Positions 28,674-38,814 of a stretch of DNA of 64,000 bases are shown here, piece by piece; within the stretch, counting starts at the first letter, position 1, and the number at the start of each line of letters is the position of its first letter. The position numbers and the translations under genes were made by a program. The notes beneath the pieces are model-generated. The model worked only from the letters and a program-made list of their open reading frames with translations, made no database searches and had not been told where the DNA came from. This DNA is from Alkalispirochaeta sp. (GTDB lineage: Bacteria > Spirochaetota > Spirochaetia > DSM-27196 > Alkalispirochaetaceae), in assembly GCA_965242725.1 (NCBI GenBank), contig CBDESZ010000018.1:128001-192000 (forward strand), written 5' to 3'.

Positions 28674-29108
28674 ATGAAGACAAAACAAGATTTTCCAGCA
28701 ATTAACGAACGGGCGGCGGCGGGTGTTCGTCCAGACGGAGTACCATACCGGGTTCTCGTTGTAGACGATTCCATGTTTGTGACCAAGCAGATAGGGCAGA
28801 TATTGACATCGGAAGGCTTTGATGTCGTCGCAACGGCGGGGGACGGCCAGGAAGGGCTCGACAAGTACAAGGAACTCTATCCCAACGTTGATCTGGTAAC
28901 GATGGATATCACCATGCCCAAGCTGGACGGAGTCTCGGCACTTGAGAAAATCATGGAGTTTGACAAGAATGCCCGGGTTGTCATGATCAGCGCGTTGGGA
29001 AAGCAGGATTTAGTGAAAAAGTCCTTGCTTCTCGGGGCAAAAAATTATATAGTCAAGCCGCTTGATCGAGCGAAAGTCCTTGAGCGGATCATCAGCTCGC
29101 TGGCGTAA
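28674..29108 (+). CDS. cheY: Chemotaxis response regulator CheY
   Basis: VLVVDDS, LVTMDITMP, MISA, YIVKP; spirochaete-type N-terminal extension. Confidence 0.95.
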   Translation: MKTKQDFPAINERAAAGVRPDGVPYRVLVVDDSMFVTKQIGQILTSEGFDVVATAGDGQEGLDKYKELYPNVDLVTMDITMPKLDGVSALEKIMEFDKNARVVMISALGKQDLVKKSLLLGAKNYIVKPLDRAKVLERIISSLA

Positions 29109-29117
29109 TCATTCATC

Positions 29118-29191
29118 GGGCGGTTAGCTCAGTTGGTTAGAGTACATGCTTGACATGCATGGGGTCGTTGGTTCAAATCCAATACCGCCCA
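29118..29191 (+). tRNA. tRNA-Val(GAC)
   Basis: GGGCGGT/ACCGCCC acceptor, CATGC-TTGACAT-GCATG anticodon arm. Confidence 0.95.
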
Positions 29192-29196
29192 TTATT

Positions 29197-29230
29197 ACCG
29201 GTGTTGCCATGGGTAGCGCCGGTTTTTTTT
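29197..29230 (+). terminator. Intrinsic terminator after tRNA-Val
   Basis: ACCGGTGTTGCC/GGTAGCGCCGGT hairpin (with G-U pairs) followed by a T-run. Confidence 0.75.
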
Positions 29231-29251
29231 GTTCAATGAAAGGAACGCACT

Positions 29252-30004
29252 ATGTCCGTCCCGCTGGAACAGTACACACCGTCCGATAATAGAGATGCTT
29301 CGTTTTCCATCGGGGAGCTGGAAGTCCGCCTTATCGGTCACGGAGACGGCGTACGTATGCACCTTGACGGACGCGCACTGCTTGGGATGCCGGAACGTGC
29401 GGGATGGCGGGATGTGACCATTCCGGCGGAACATACAATAAACATTGTGCCCCGCACGCCGGATCTGCCGATTGTATTGCGCTCGGACGAACTCATTGAA
29501 CTCGCCGTGGACGCACGCGTGCAGTTTGACCTTTTCATACCCATGTGGATCGAATTCGTTCATGAAGGGAAGAAGGACAAAAAGGTGACGGGAGGCTCCC
29601 TGGAAGACGTTCCGACGGTCGCATTGAAGAGAAGCTGGTTCGGCACTCCGGAAAGTGGAGAGGTTGCGTATTCATGGCGCTTTGCTCCCAGAAGCCGGCG
29701 CAGCCATCAGCGTCATTTCCTTACCGTACCGGTGACAATCGTCAATCGTTCTACGGCGGTGCTGCGATTTGAACGATTTCTCCTGCGGGCGATACACTTA
29801 AGTGTGTATGAACTGCGGGGACGACTCGTAACAAACTCGGTGACCGTCGCATTCAAGGGCTCGGAACAGATGAGCCAGATTACCTTCGAAAATGACGTTT
29901 CAATGGAGAAAAAGGGAGCCCGGTTGAAAAGTGGTCCCCGTGAGCGGAGTAACGGGGATATCATCCGCAAGAGCTTCAGCTGGTTGTGGGAATTGGCGGG
30001 ATGA
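29252..30004 (+). CDS. DUF432-like protein
   Basis: LKRSWFGTPESGEVAY, VPVTIVN, LSVY...LVTN; typical neighbour of MscS. Confidence 0.6.
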   Translation: MSVPLEQYTPSDNRDASFSIGELEVRLIGHGDGVRMHLDGRALLGMPERAGWRDVTIPAEHTINIVPRTPDLPIVLRSDELIELAVDARVQFDLFIPMWIEFVHEGKKDKKVTGGSLEDVPTVALKRSWFGTPESGEVAYSWRFAPRSRRSHQRHFLTVPVTIVNRSTAVLRFERFLLRAIHLSVYELRGRLVTNSVTVAFKGSEQMSQITFENDVSMEKKGARLKSGPRERSNGDIIRKSFSWLWELAG

Positions 30005-30010
30005 TCGAGG

Positions 30011-30862
30011 ATGGGAAGATACGTGAGTAATCTGTTTCAGGGAGCACAGCAGTTTTCATTTCAGTCAATAAGCGACTGGGAGCGAGTCGTAAGCGCTCTT
30101 GTCGTCTTTCTCGTCGGCTTTTTCATTCTCCGCATCAGCACCCGCATGCTTATGCGTTCCGTCGGGAAGGGGTTGCGAGAACAGTCGAGTGAGCTCATAC
30201 GAAAGACGATACTCTATATCGGTGCGGTAATTTTGCTCGTAATGGTCCTCAACGCGGCAGGCGTAAGTGTCGGTGCGCTTCTCGGTGCCGCCGGTGTGCT
30301 GGGTATCGCCGTCGGTATTGCCAGTCAGGCGAGTCTGAGCAATATCATCAGCGGACTCTTTCTCGTGTCGGAGCGTTTCTTTGAAATCGGTGACGTCGTA
30401 CGGATTGGGGAACATACGGGATCCGTTCAGTCCATAGACCTGCTTTCTATAAAAATCAAAACTTTTGACAACCTGCTTATTCGGGTGCCAAATCAACAAC
30501 TCATCGAAAAGGACTTTCTCAATATCACACGGTATCCGATTCGACGAATGGATTTTACCGTTACGGTACCGCCGCAGTACGATGTCGAGCGCGTCCTTGA
30601 AGCCCTTCGGGCCGTTGCGGACGGTGTACCTTCCGTGCTGGAGGAGCCGGAGCCGTTCTGTATGGCATTGGACTTTTCCGAAAACGGGCTGAATTTTCGC
30701 CTCGGCGTGTGGTTTGAACGAACCACCTTTCTCATTGTGAGAAATTCCGTAATGAGCCGGCTGCAGAAAATCTTCAGGGAACGGGGAATTCCCATTCGGA
30801 CACGGACGATTCGTGTAGAGTCAAACGGCGCGGATGACAGGGAGTCATCGACAATACGCTAA
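30011..30862 (+). CDS. Small-conductance mechanosensitive channel (MscS family)
   Basis: LLGAAGVLGIAVGIASQASLSNIISGL, FEIGDVV, KTFDN...VPN. Confidence 0.92.
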   Translation: MGRYVSNLFQGAQQFSFQSISDWERVVSALVVFLVGFFILRISTRMLMRSVGKGLREQSSELIRKTILYIGAVILLVMVLNAAGVSVGALLGAAGVLGIAVGIASQASLSNIISGLFLVSERFFEIGDVVRIGEHTGSVQSIDLLSIKIKTFDNLLIRVPNQQLIEKDFLNITRYPIRRMDFTVTVPPQYDVERVLEALRAVADGVPSVLEEPEPFCMALDFSENGLNFRLGVWFERTTFLIVRNSVMSRLQKIFRERGIPIRTRTIRVESNGADDRESSTIR

Positions 30863-30903
30863 ACGAATTTGACAACACCGCGATTTCGCCCGAAGATTTT
30901 CAT

Positions 30904-31218
30904 ATGGCAACCCGTAACTACCTGACCACCGCCGTCCTCAGCGAAATCATTCGATACGATCGTGATGCACAATATGAACGGGAAACCGTCAGTTATAAAG
31001 GGACCGTCAGGAAGCATCCCTACGACAGAAACAAGTTTCTGCTCATTACCAATCCCGGTGACGAAGATGCCCATTTCTATGAATTCCGTATCGTCGATGT
31101 GGTACGCGCAATGGATATTCGTCAGGTTGTAAACACCAGCGGCGAGACGGTTCAACTCGTTGAACTCCTGGTAAAGAAGGGGAGTCACGCAATAGAAATG
31201 AAACCTTTTGAGGTTTGA
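30904..31218 (+). CDS. Conserved hypothetical protein
   Basis: GTVRKHPYD..KFLLI...FYEF...VKKGS...PFEV; clean 104-aa ORF. Confidence 0.7.
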   Translation: MATRNYLTTAVLSEIIRYDRDAQYERETVSYKGTVRKHPYDRNKFLLITNPGDEDAHFYEFRIVDVVRAMDIRQVVNTSGETVQLVELLVKKGSHAIEMKPFEV

Positions 31219-31233
31219 TTCCGCCGTTTCTAG

Positions 31234-31263
31234 TTGACACGCCCGTACCGGAATGGATAGAAT
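31234..31263 (+). promoter_or_regulatory. sigma70 promoter for tRNA-Asn
   Basis: TTGACA-18 bp-TAGAAT. Confidence 0.65.
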
Positions 31264-31279
31264 CCCGACATTCACTGAA

Positions 31280-31352
31280 TCCCCTGTAGCTCAGTTGGTA
31301 GAGCGGGTGACTGTTAATCACCAAGTCGTTGGTTCGAGTCCAACCGGGGGAG
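31280..31352 (+). tRNA. tRNA-Asn(GTT)
   Basis: TCCCCTG/CGGGGGA acceptor, GGTGA-CTGTTAA-TCACC anticodon arm. Confidence 0.95.
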
Positions 31353-31360
31353 CTTTTCAC

Positions 31361-31392
31361 ACACCGTCGTTCAGGAACGACGGTGTTTTTTT
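31361..31392 (+). terminator. Intrinsic terminator after tRNA-Asn
   Basis: ACACCGTCGTTC-AG-GAACGACGGTGT followed by a T-run. Confidence 0.85.
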
Positions 31393-31447
31393 GTGCGCCT
31401 GCTGCTTATGGCTGACAACGTAATGCGGAAAATAGGGGACGGACGTG

Positions 31448-32173
31448 CTACATATGGACGGGAAATCGTTCCATACGGTGTTGTATGAAATCCACTATCA
31501 GTTTTTCCGTTTCTACCGACAAATCGGTGAACTCCAACCCGATCGTTTCGGATATGCGTATGATCCGCAATCGCACCGGAACGATCACATCGTCGATCAA
31601 CAGTGAGGCCATGGAAATATCCGTTTCAAGATCCAGGGTAGTCAGAACCGTCTCGTCAACGGGCCGAAAACGCAGTCCTCCCGCTGAGATATCGACGACA
31701 GATCCGTAAACGAACTGAAATGTATAGGGATTGGTAAACAGAAATTCGACGGGATCGTCGTGACGGGGCACGTATCTTACGTACCGTCTCACATCGATAT
31801 TCTGATGGTATCGCGCTATGATTCCACGAATCCGCTCAAGAGTCTGTACACTGGTGAGGTCTTCGTCAAGGATTGCATTTACCTCGAGAAACTCCGCCTT
31901 TTCCGCCTCTTCAGCCGGAAAGTCCTCATTTATCAGAAGGACAAAAATGGTTTCCCGCCTGCTGTATGTATTTCTGAGAAACATTACAAACGGCTTCCAG
32001 TGGCGGGGAAAATCGGTAGCCGAAAAGAGAACGATCTCGGGTTGGATCTCTTCGAGGTTGTCCATTCCCTTGATCGGATTGTTGTAATGAATGACGTCGG
32101 CCTGTTGAAAGGTGAAGTTCTGTTCAAGAAAGGGTTTTAAATGCGCCGTATCGCTCACCAGCATCATTTTCAT
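31448..32173 (-). CDS. Receiver-like + PilZ (c-di-GMP-binding) domain protein
   Basis: RRYVR (RxxxR) and DISAGG (DxSxxG) PilZ motifs; N-terminal receiver-like pattern. Confidence 0.8.
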   Translation of the reverse strand: MKMMLVSDTAHLKPFLEQNFTFQQADVIHYNNPIKGMDNLEEIQPEIVLFSATDFPRHWKPFVMFLRNTYSRRETIFVLLINEDFPAEEAEKAEFLEVNAILDEDLTSVQTLERIRGIIARYHQNIDVRRYVRYVPRHDDPVEFLFTNPYTFQFVYGSVVDISAGGLRFRPVDETVLTTLDLETDISMASLLIDDVIVPVRLRIIRISETIGLEFTDLSVETEKLIVDFIQHRMERFPVHM

Positions 32174-33138
32174 GGCGTCAGCGCTTCATTGGGCAGGTTG
32201 GTTACATCGTATCCGATGATCTCCCAGAATCCGTTGCGGCGTTCAAGACGGTAGACATACCGTTTGCGCTCCCGGTAGCGGTCAAAATCGAAATGCAGTT
32301 CCGCGACGACGGTGCCTTCCGTCGGGGTATACGTGGTGCGCTCTATCTCGTATGAGTCGGGCACCACGGTCAGCCCGGTATCCCTCGGATCGGACTGTTC
32401 TATAAGCTCCTGTCGAAACTCGTTCAGCGTCGCCCGCTGTTCAGCTTCGCTCATTTCCCTTCGGTAGCGGCGATCGCGGTCAGGTTCCTGTCGATAGAGT
32501 TTCTCAAGATTGATATAGAGGAAGAAGCGTTCCCAGTTGGATTCCCTTCGGGCGTCAAGAAGATATCGAACGGTATCGTCCGGAGAGAGCTGCTGACGCT
32601 GGAGTTCCCGGACTGCGATCGCCTGGAATCGCTCTTCCGTCCGTTCTTCCGGTGTATCTCCCGGCCTTATTGAGAGGGTGATCGTGTTTGAATGAATCGC
32701 CGCCCGGCGGGAAAGACCTTTCAGCTCCGGATAAAATGCGACGCTCACACTGTAGAGCCCGGGGCTTTCAAAACGGATTGTGTCGGACAGACTTTCCACG
32801 AAGCTGAAATAGTCTCCCGGTTCAAGACTGATCGTCCGGTAGTAAACTTGATTCACCCCGCCCTCTATGATAACGTCCCCTTCGGGTTCAATCCGTCGAC
32901 CCTGATCGTCATAGATCAGAAATTCGACGTTGTAGGCACGATCGTCGGCGAGTCTGAATCGCTGCGTTTCCGGCGTCTCGTTCTGGATGGTGATATACAG
33001 TTCAATTTCACTGTCGGGAAAGTAGATATCCTCGTCGTAAAGACGAATTGTGACGTTCGGCGTCTGGGCCGACAAGGCGTAAGCGGTTAAAATAAATGTG
33101 CTCAGGAGAAGCAGACGAATTTTCGATAGTACCACCAT
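32170..33138 (-). CDS. Exported hypothetical protein (Ig-like + NTF2-like regions)
   Basis: Signal peptide ending AYALSAQ; ISLEPG, PGLYSV, SNTITLSI; YRLERRNGFWEI. Confidence 0.7.
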   Translation of the reverse strand: MVVLSKIRLLLLSTFILTAYALSAQTPNVTIRLYDEDIYFPDSEIELYITIQNETPETQRFRLADDRAYNVEFLIYDDQGRRIEPEGDVIIEGGVNQVYYRTISLEPGDYFSFVESLSDTIRFESPGLYSVSVAFYPELKGLSRRAAIHSNTITLSIRPGDTPEERTEERFQAIAVRELQRQQLSPDDTVRYLLDARRESNWERFFLYINLEKLYRQEPDRDRRYRREMSEAEQRATLNEFRQELIEQSDPRDTGLTVVPDSYEIERTTYTPTEGTVVAELHFDFDRYRERKRYVYRLERRNGFWEIIGYDVTNLPNEALTP

Positions 33139-33153
33139 AAAGCTCCTATTATT

Positions 33154-36100
33154 ATGTCGGCGAATCATACCACAACATTACTCTACGACCAATTAACCTC
33201 CCGTCTCAAGGACCACCGAGGTCTCTCAGATCTTCTGGGCGGGGTCCGCCTTGGAAGCCTTCCCAAATTTGTACGGGGGGCGAAATCCGGCTTTATCGGT
33301 TATATTCTGGTCAGGCTGCTGCGCAGCTCAAACAAGCCGTTGTTCGTCGTTGTACCCAATGAGAGCGAAATCAACGGGGTTCTGACGGATTTGCGGCTCT
33401 TCGGTATACACGGTGTCGTCTTTCCTTCCTGGGGAACCGGAGCGTATTCACAACCCTCCCTTACCTCCGCAACGTGGGGGTTGCGTATGCGGGCCCTTGT
33501 GACCCTTCATCACGGCACACCCGACGTTGTGGTAGCGCCCCTCAGGGCGATCAGCGCGACCGGTCCCGATCCCGCGGCCATTCAAGGAAGTATTTTCCGC
33601 CTCAACGTCGGCGATACCTTTGATCCTCTGGAAATTTCACAACGCCTCTCCTCCATGGGCTATTGGAGAGTGCCCCGGGTCACCGTCCATGGAGAATATG
33701 CCGTACGGGGTGAAGTTCTCGATATTTTCCTCCCGGGCTTTGATGAGGCGTGCCGCATCGTCTTTGATTTCGATACGATATCGGAAATCCGCTATTTTGA
33801 TGTTGATACCCAGAGTTCGACAGCCAAGGCGCACATGGTCGAGCTCTATCCACTCAGGGAAGTTGTATGGAACGCCGACTCTCTGGATGAACTGCGCGGA
33901 ACGGCCGGTTCATGGCCGGAGTTGCGTCACACCGGAGAAGAACTCGAGCGTTTTCGTCTTGAGGACGAGGCGTCGTTGCCTGCTCCCTACTGGGCGTCGG
34001 CAATGAAGGGCAACGTCTCTATTCTGGATCACCTTGCACCGTCGACAAGAATCGTATGGCTGGATCGGCAACGTCTTCTTGCGGCGTCTGAAAGTTATCG
34101 CAAGGAACATGAGTCGGTCTTTGCCGCGGAACATTTTCGTCGTGCCTTGCCTCGTCCTGATCGTCTCTTTGTCGGCGTGGAGGAGCTGATCTCCCGGAGC
34201 GAAGAACGGTCGGTCATCTTCGAGTCCCTCGTTGATTCTCTGACTCCCGGGCTATCAGATTCGGGTGTGATCCGCCGCGATCCTTTTTCGGAAATGTATC
34301 GTTTTTGAAAGAGGAACTGTCAAACCTGGTGGCAGGAAAAAACAAGGTTTTCGTGCTTGCCGATACGGAGGCTCAGCAGAAGCGAATATCCTATCTTCTG
34401 CAGGACTTCGATGTGACCGTTCAAACGGGGCATATTTCAGGCGGCTTTGCACTGCCGGAACAGAAGATCGTCGTTATACAGGAAAACGAGATTTTCGGTC
34501 GGAGGCGGCGCGCCCCTGCAAGCCTGAAAAAGACCGAAAGCGCTCCGATAGACACCTTTGTCGAGCTCGATGAAGGGGACTTTGTCGTTCACGTGAACTA
34601 CGGAATCGGCCTCTTCCAGGGCATTCAGCGCATGACCGCCGCGGGAAACGAGCGGGATTATATAAAGCTGGAATACGCCGGCGGCGAGACGGTATTTACA
34701 CCCATAGAACAGGTAAACCTGATTCAGCGCTACATAGGATCAGGTGGAAACCCGCCGCGCCTCGACACAATCGGCGGTAAGTCGTGGGAAAAACGCAAAA
34801 GCACCGTCAGGAAGAATGTCGAAGACCTTGCGGATCGCCTGATTTCGCTGTACAGCCGACGGCAGCGGGTGAAAGGGTACGCGTTTCCACCGGATACGGA
34901 GTGGCAGCTCGAGTTTGAATCATCATTTCCCTATGAGGAGACGGAAGACCAGCTGCGATGTATCGCGGAAATAAAACAGGACATGGAACGGCCCCAGCCG
35001 ATGGATCGCCTCGTCTGCGGCGACGTTGGATACGGCAAGACCGAGCTGGCACTCCGTGCCGCCTTCAAGGCGGTAACCAGCGGGAAGCAGGTGGCGTTCC
35101 TCGCCCCGACAACGATCCTTGCGGAACAGCACTACGAAAACATGGTGGACCGGTTTGATCGCTTCCCGGTCCGTCTGGAGATGCTTTCCCGCTTTGTGGA
35201 CAAGCGCCGTCAGCGCGCCGTTGTCGACGGTGTGGCCAGCGGAGAGGTGGACATCATCATCGGGACGCACCGCATCCTTCAAAAGGATATCCATTTTCGC
35301 GACCTCGGTCTCCTGATCATTGATGAGGAACAGCGTTTCGGGGTCAAAGCGAAAGAACGCCTCAAGGAACTGAAGACAAATGTCGACAGCCTGACCCTGA
35401 CGGCGACACCGATCCCCAGAACCCTTCACATGTCACTCCTGAAAATTCGGGATATGTCCCTCCTGACCACGCCGCCCCATAACCGCCATCCCATTCAGAC
35501 GTCCATCGCCGAGTTCAACGAGGAACACGTCGCCACGGCGATACGGAGAGAGGTGGAGCGGGGTGGACAGGTTTTCTTTCTTCACAATCGGGTACAGACC
35601 CTTGAAAATGTCGCGGAGTTCATCCGTAAACTCGTACCTGAGGTCATGGTTGAGTCTGCCCACGGCCAGATGAAGGCGCATGAACTTGAAGATATCATGC
35701 ATCGGTTCATCCACAACTCGTTTCAGGTTCTCGTGGCAACGACGATCATTGAAAACGGAATCGACATTCCCAACGTGAACACGATCATCATAGACCGGGC
35801 CGATATGTACGGAATCTCCCAGCTCTATCAGCTGCGAGGGAGAGTGGGACGAAGCGACAAAGTTGCCCACGCCTACCTCCTGTACCCGGAGCAGCGCGCC
35901 CTGTCCGAGCTGGCGATGAAGCGGCTCCAGATTATCGGTGATTTCACCGAACTGGGGAGCGGCTTTAAAATTGCATTGAAAGACCTGGAAGTACGCGGCG
36001 CGGGCAACCTCCTGGGCAGTCAACAGAGCGGCGACATCCTTTCGGTCGGATTTGACCTCTACCTGAAGCTGCTTGAAGATGCGATAGAGCGCCGGGGTGA

Positions 36101-36563
36101 AGAGGAAGGGACCGAAGCGGTTGACGAGGTATACCTGGAGCTGGAGTACAGCGGATTCATTCCATCCACCTACATAGAAGAACCGATGGAAAAGATGGAA
36201 GTCTACAAGAAGATCGCCTCCGTTGCGTCGGAGTCGCAATTGGAAGCACTTATCGGAGAAATTGAAGACCGCTTCGGTCCCATGCCTGAAGAGGTTCACA
36301 GTCTCCTGGCGCTCTCGGAAATACGCATTCTTGCATCCCGTCTCAAGATCGTTTCCATGAAGGAGCGTAAAGGTGAACTCTTCGTTGAATTCGGCAGAGT
36401 TGCGACGATCTCCGTCGATCGCGTGCTTGCCCTTATCAAGAACTCCGGAGGAACTGTTCGGCTCGATCCGCAGCGCCCCAATGTTCTGATTATGGATACC
36501 GGAAGGATCGGTCTCAAAGAAAAATCAGAGTTTATACGCGGGCGCCTTGCCCAGCTGCTGTGA
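33154..36563 (+). CDS. mfd: Transcription-repair coupling factor Mfd, frameshift near 34250 (likely sequence error)
   Basis: [13 protein letters not shown]; CarD-like [46 protein letters not shown]-terminus. Confidence 0.95.
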
Positions 36564-36588
36564 TACCAGGGGAGGTACGAATATCGTC

Positions 36589-37296
36589 ATGAAACGGGAT
36601 CAGCAAAATCGATCGACCCTCGGACAGATCAAAAGTTACGTCATCAGGACGACACGCATGAGTCCCGCTCAGAAGCGCGGCTGGGAGCAGTTTTCCGACC
36701 ACTTTATCGTGCCCTATCAGGAGGGAAACACTCTGGACGAGAGCCGCCTCTTTCCGGGGCGCGCGGACCGCCCGCTGATCATGGATATCGGTTTCGGAAT
36801 GGGCCGGGAACTTGCGGAGCTGGCGGAAACTCATAAGGATTTCAACTATATCGGTGTTGAAGTCCATCCACCGGGGATAGGGCGGCTTCTCCTTGATCTG
36901 GGGGAGCGGGGCATTACAAACGTGCGTATCATCCCTCACGACGCCGTGGAAGTGTGTCACCACATGGTACGTCCCGGTCAAATGGAGGGGATTCATCTCT
37001 TTTTCCCCGACCCCTGGCCGAAGGCGCGCCACCATAAGCGCAGACTGGTCCGTCAGGGCTTTCCGGAACTCATAGCGCCCGTCGTAAAGGACGGCGGATA
37101 CCTTTATGCAGTCACCGACTGGGAAGACTATGCGGAGCAGATACGGGACGTTATGGATCACGCAAACGAGTTCTCCCGCGACACCGAGCGATATGAAGCG
37201 TTGCAGCAGGTGCGTCCCAGGACGGCTTTTGAGCGAAAAGGTCTTGCAAAGGGTCACGCGATTTTCGAATTCGTATATAGACGTCGTCCACGGTAG
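36589..37296 (+). CDS. trmB: tRNA (guanine-N7)-methyltransferase TrmB
   Basis: DIGFGMG, GVEVH, FFPDPWPKARHHKRRL, TDWEDYA, TAFERK. Confidence 0.95.
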   Translation: MKRDQQNRSTLGQIKSYVIRTTRMSPAQKRGWEQFSDHFIVPYQEGNTLDESRLFPGRADRPLIMDIGFGMGRELAELAETHKDFNYIGVEVHPPGIGRLLLDLGERGITNVRIIPHDAVEVCHHMVRPGQMEGIHLFFPDPWPKARHHKRRLVRQGFPELIAPVVKDGGYLYAVTDWEDYAEQIRDVMDHANEFSRDTERYEALQQVRPRTAFERKGLAKGHAIFEFVYRRRPR

Positions 37297-37388
37297 CGGT
37301 CCCGGTAGCAGCTTCTCGACGGTGCAGGGCGACGATCGTCGAATTGCCGCTTCTCACACTCGAGGTACTCCTGATATGCTCGTCTCAT

Positions 37389-38746
37389 ATGAACACGCAC
37401 GAATATTTTGCCCAGAAGGCGCCGCTCGCCGACCGGAAGAATGTCATTCCTCCGGAGCTGCACAAGAAATACAACACAAAGCGGGGATTGCGTAACGACG
37501 ACGGTACCGGTGTACTTGTAGGCCTGACGGAAATCGGCGAGGTCCACGGATATATCATAGATGATCAGGAACGGGTGCCTGATCACGGAAATCTCTGGTA
37601 CCGCGGGTTGAGCGTTGAAGATCTCGTGCGCGGATTTCAGCAGGATCGACGATTCGGATTTGAGGAAACGATTTACCTCCTGCTGTTTGGTGAGCTTCCG
37701 TCCGAGGCGGAACTGTCGGCGTTGAAAGAGGTTCTCGGGGCGTTGCGGCGCCTTCCCGACAACTTCACGGAAGACATGATCCTCCGTGCGCCCAGTCGGG
37801 ACATCATGAACAAACTTGCCCGCTCGGTCCTGGCGGCGTACTCATATGACGAAAAGGCTGAAGATCACTCGATAGAAAACGTACTGCGACAACTTGTGGA
37901 ACTGATCGCACGATTTCCAACGATGGTTGCCTACGGCTATCAGGCATCTGCGCCATTACTTCCACAGCGAAAGTCTCTACATTCACGCGCCCCGATCCCG
38001 ATCGATCGACGGCGGAAAACCTTCTCGCGATGGTCAGACACGATCAGGGCTTTACCGACCTGGAAGCGGAGACGCTGGACCTCGCGCTCGTGCTGCACGC
38101 GGAACACGGCGGCGGTAACAACAGCGCTTTTACGATACACGTCGTCTCATCGGCGGATACCGACAGTTACAGCGCCGTTGCAGCGGCAGTGGGATCCCTG
38201 AAAGGGGCGAAGCACGGCGGGGCGGCGGGCCGCGTACGCGAGATGATGGCCGATATACAAGCCAATGTGAAAGACTGGGGTAACGACGAGGAAGTGGCCG
38301 CCTACATCAGAAAGATCATGCGCAAGGAAGCGTTCAACAGAACGGGACTTGTCTATGGTGTCGGACATGCGGTGTATACCCTCTCTGATCCGCGGGCCGT
38401 CCTTCTGGAAGAGAAGGCGCGGGAGCTGGCGGAAGAGAGTTCCCACATGGAGGAGTACGAGCTCTACCGGAAAGTCGCCGAGCTCACACCCCGGGTTTTT
38501 CAGGAAGAAAAAGATACCGATCGGGTCATCGCGCCGAATGTCGATTTCTACTCCGGTTTTGTCTACTCCATGCTCGGCATACCGGTAGAGCTTTTTACAC
38601 CCATTTTTGCAGTTGCCCGGATTGCGGGATGGTCCGCGCATCGCATAGAAGAGATCGTGAGCGGCGGGAGAATCATGCGTCCCGCCTTCAAGAATGTCCT
38701 GAAGCACAGGGGTTACGTTCCGCTGTCGGAACGGAACAGGCAATAA
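37389..38746 (+). CDS. Citrate synthase family protein, two apparent frameshifts (about 37946, 37992)
   Basis: RGLRNDDGTGVLVGLT, LWYRG, LHAEHGGGNNS, KHGGA, GVGHAVY..SDPR, NVDFYSG, RIAGWSAH. Confidence 0.92.
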
Positions 38747-38780
38747 AAAAGCCGCGGTTTCCCGATGACGGAACCGCGGC
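38745..38780 (-). terminator. Intrinsic terminator for the EF-G genes (convergent with citrate synthase)
   Basis: A6 then GCCGCGGTT...AACCGCGGC hairpin (U-tail on the minus strand). Confidence 0.65.
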
Positions 38781-38814
38781 ATACTCAGGAAACGCCGTAG
38801 CGGCGTTTCGATCG

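Noticed and set aside
30904..31218. Calling this ORF an inorganic pyrophosphatase, a label I recall on similar proteins
   Set aside because: Too short and lacks the DxDPxD family I motif and DHH motifs.
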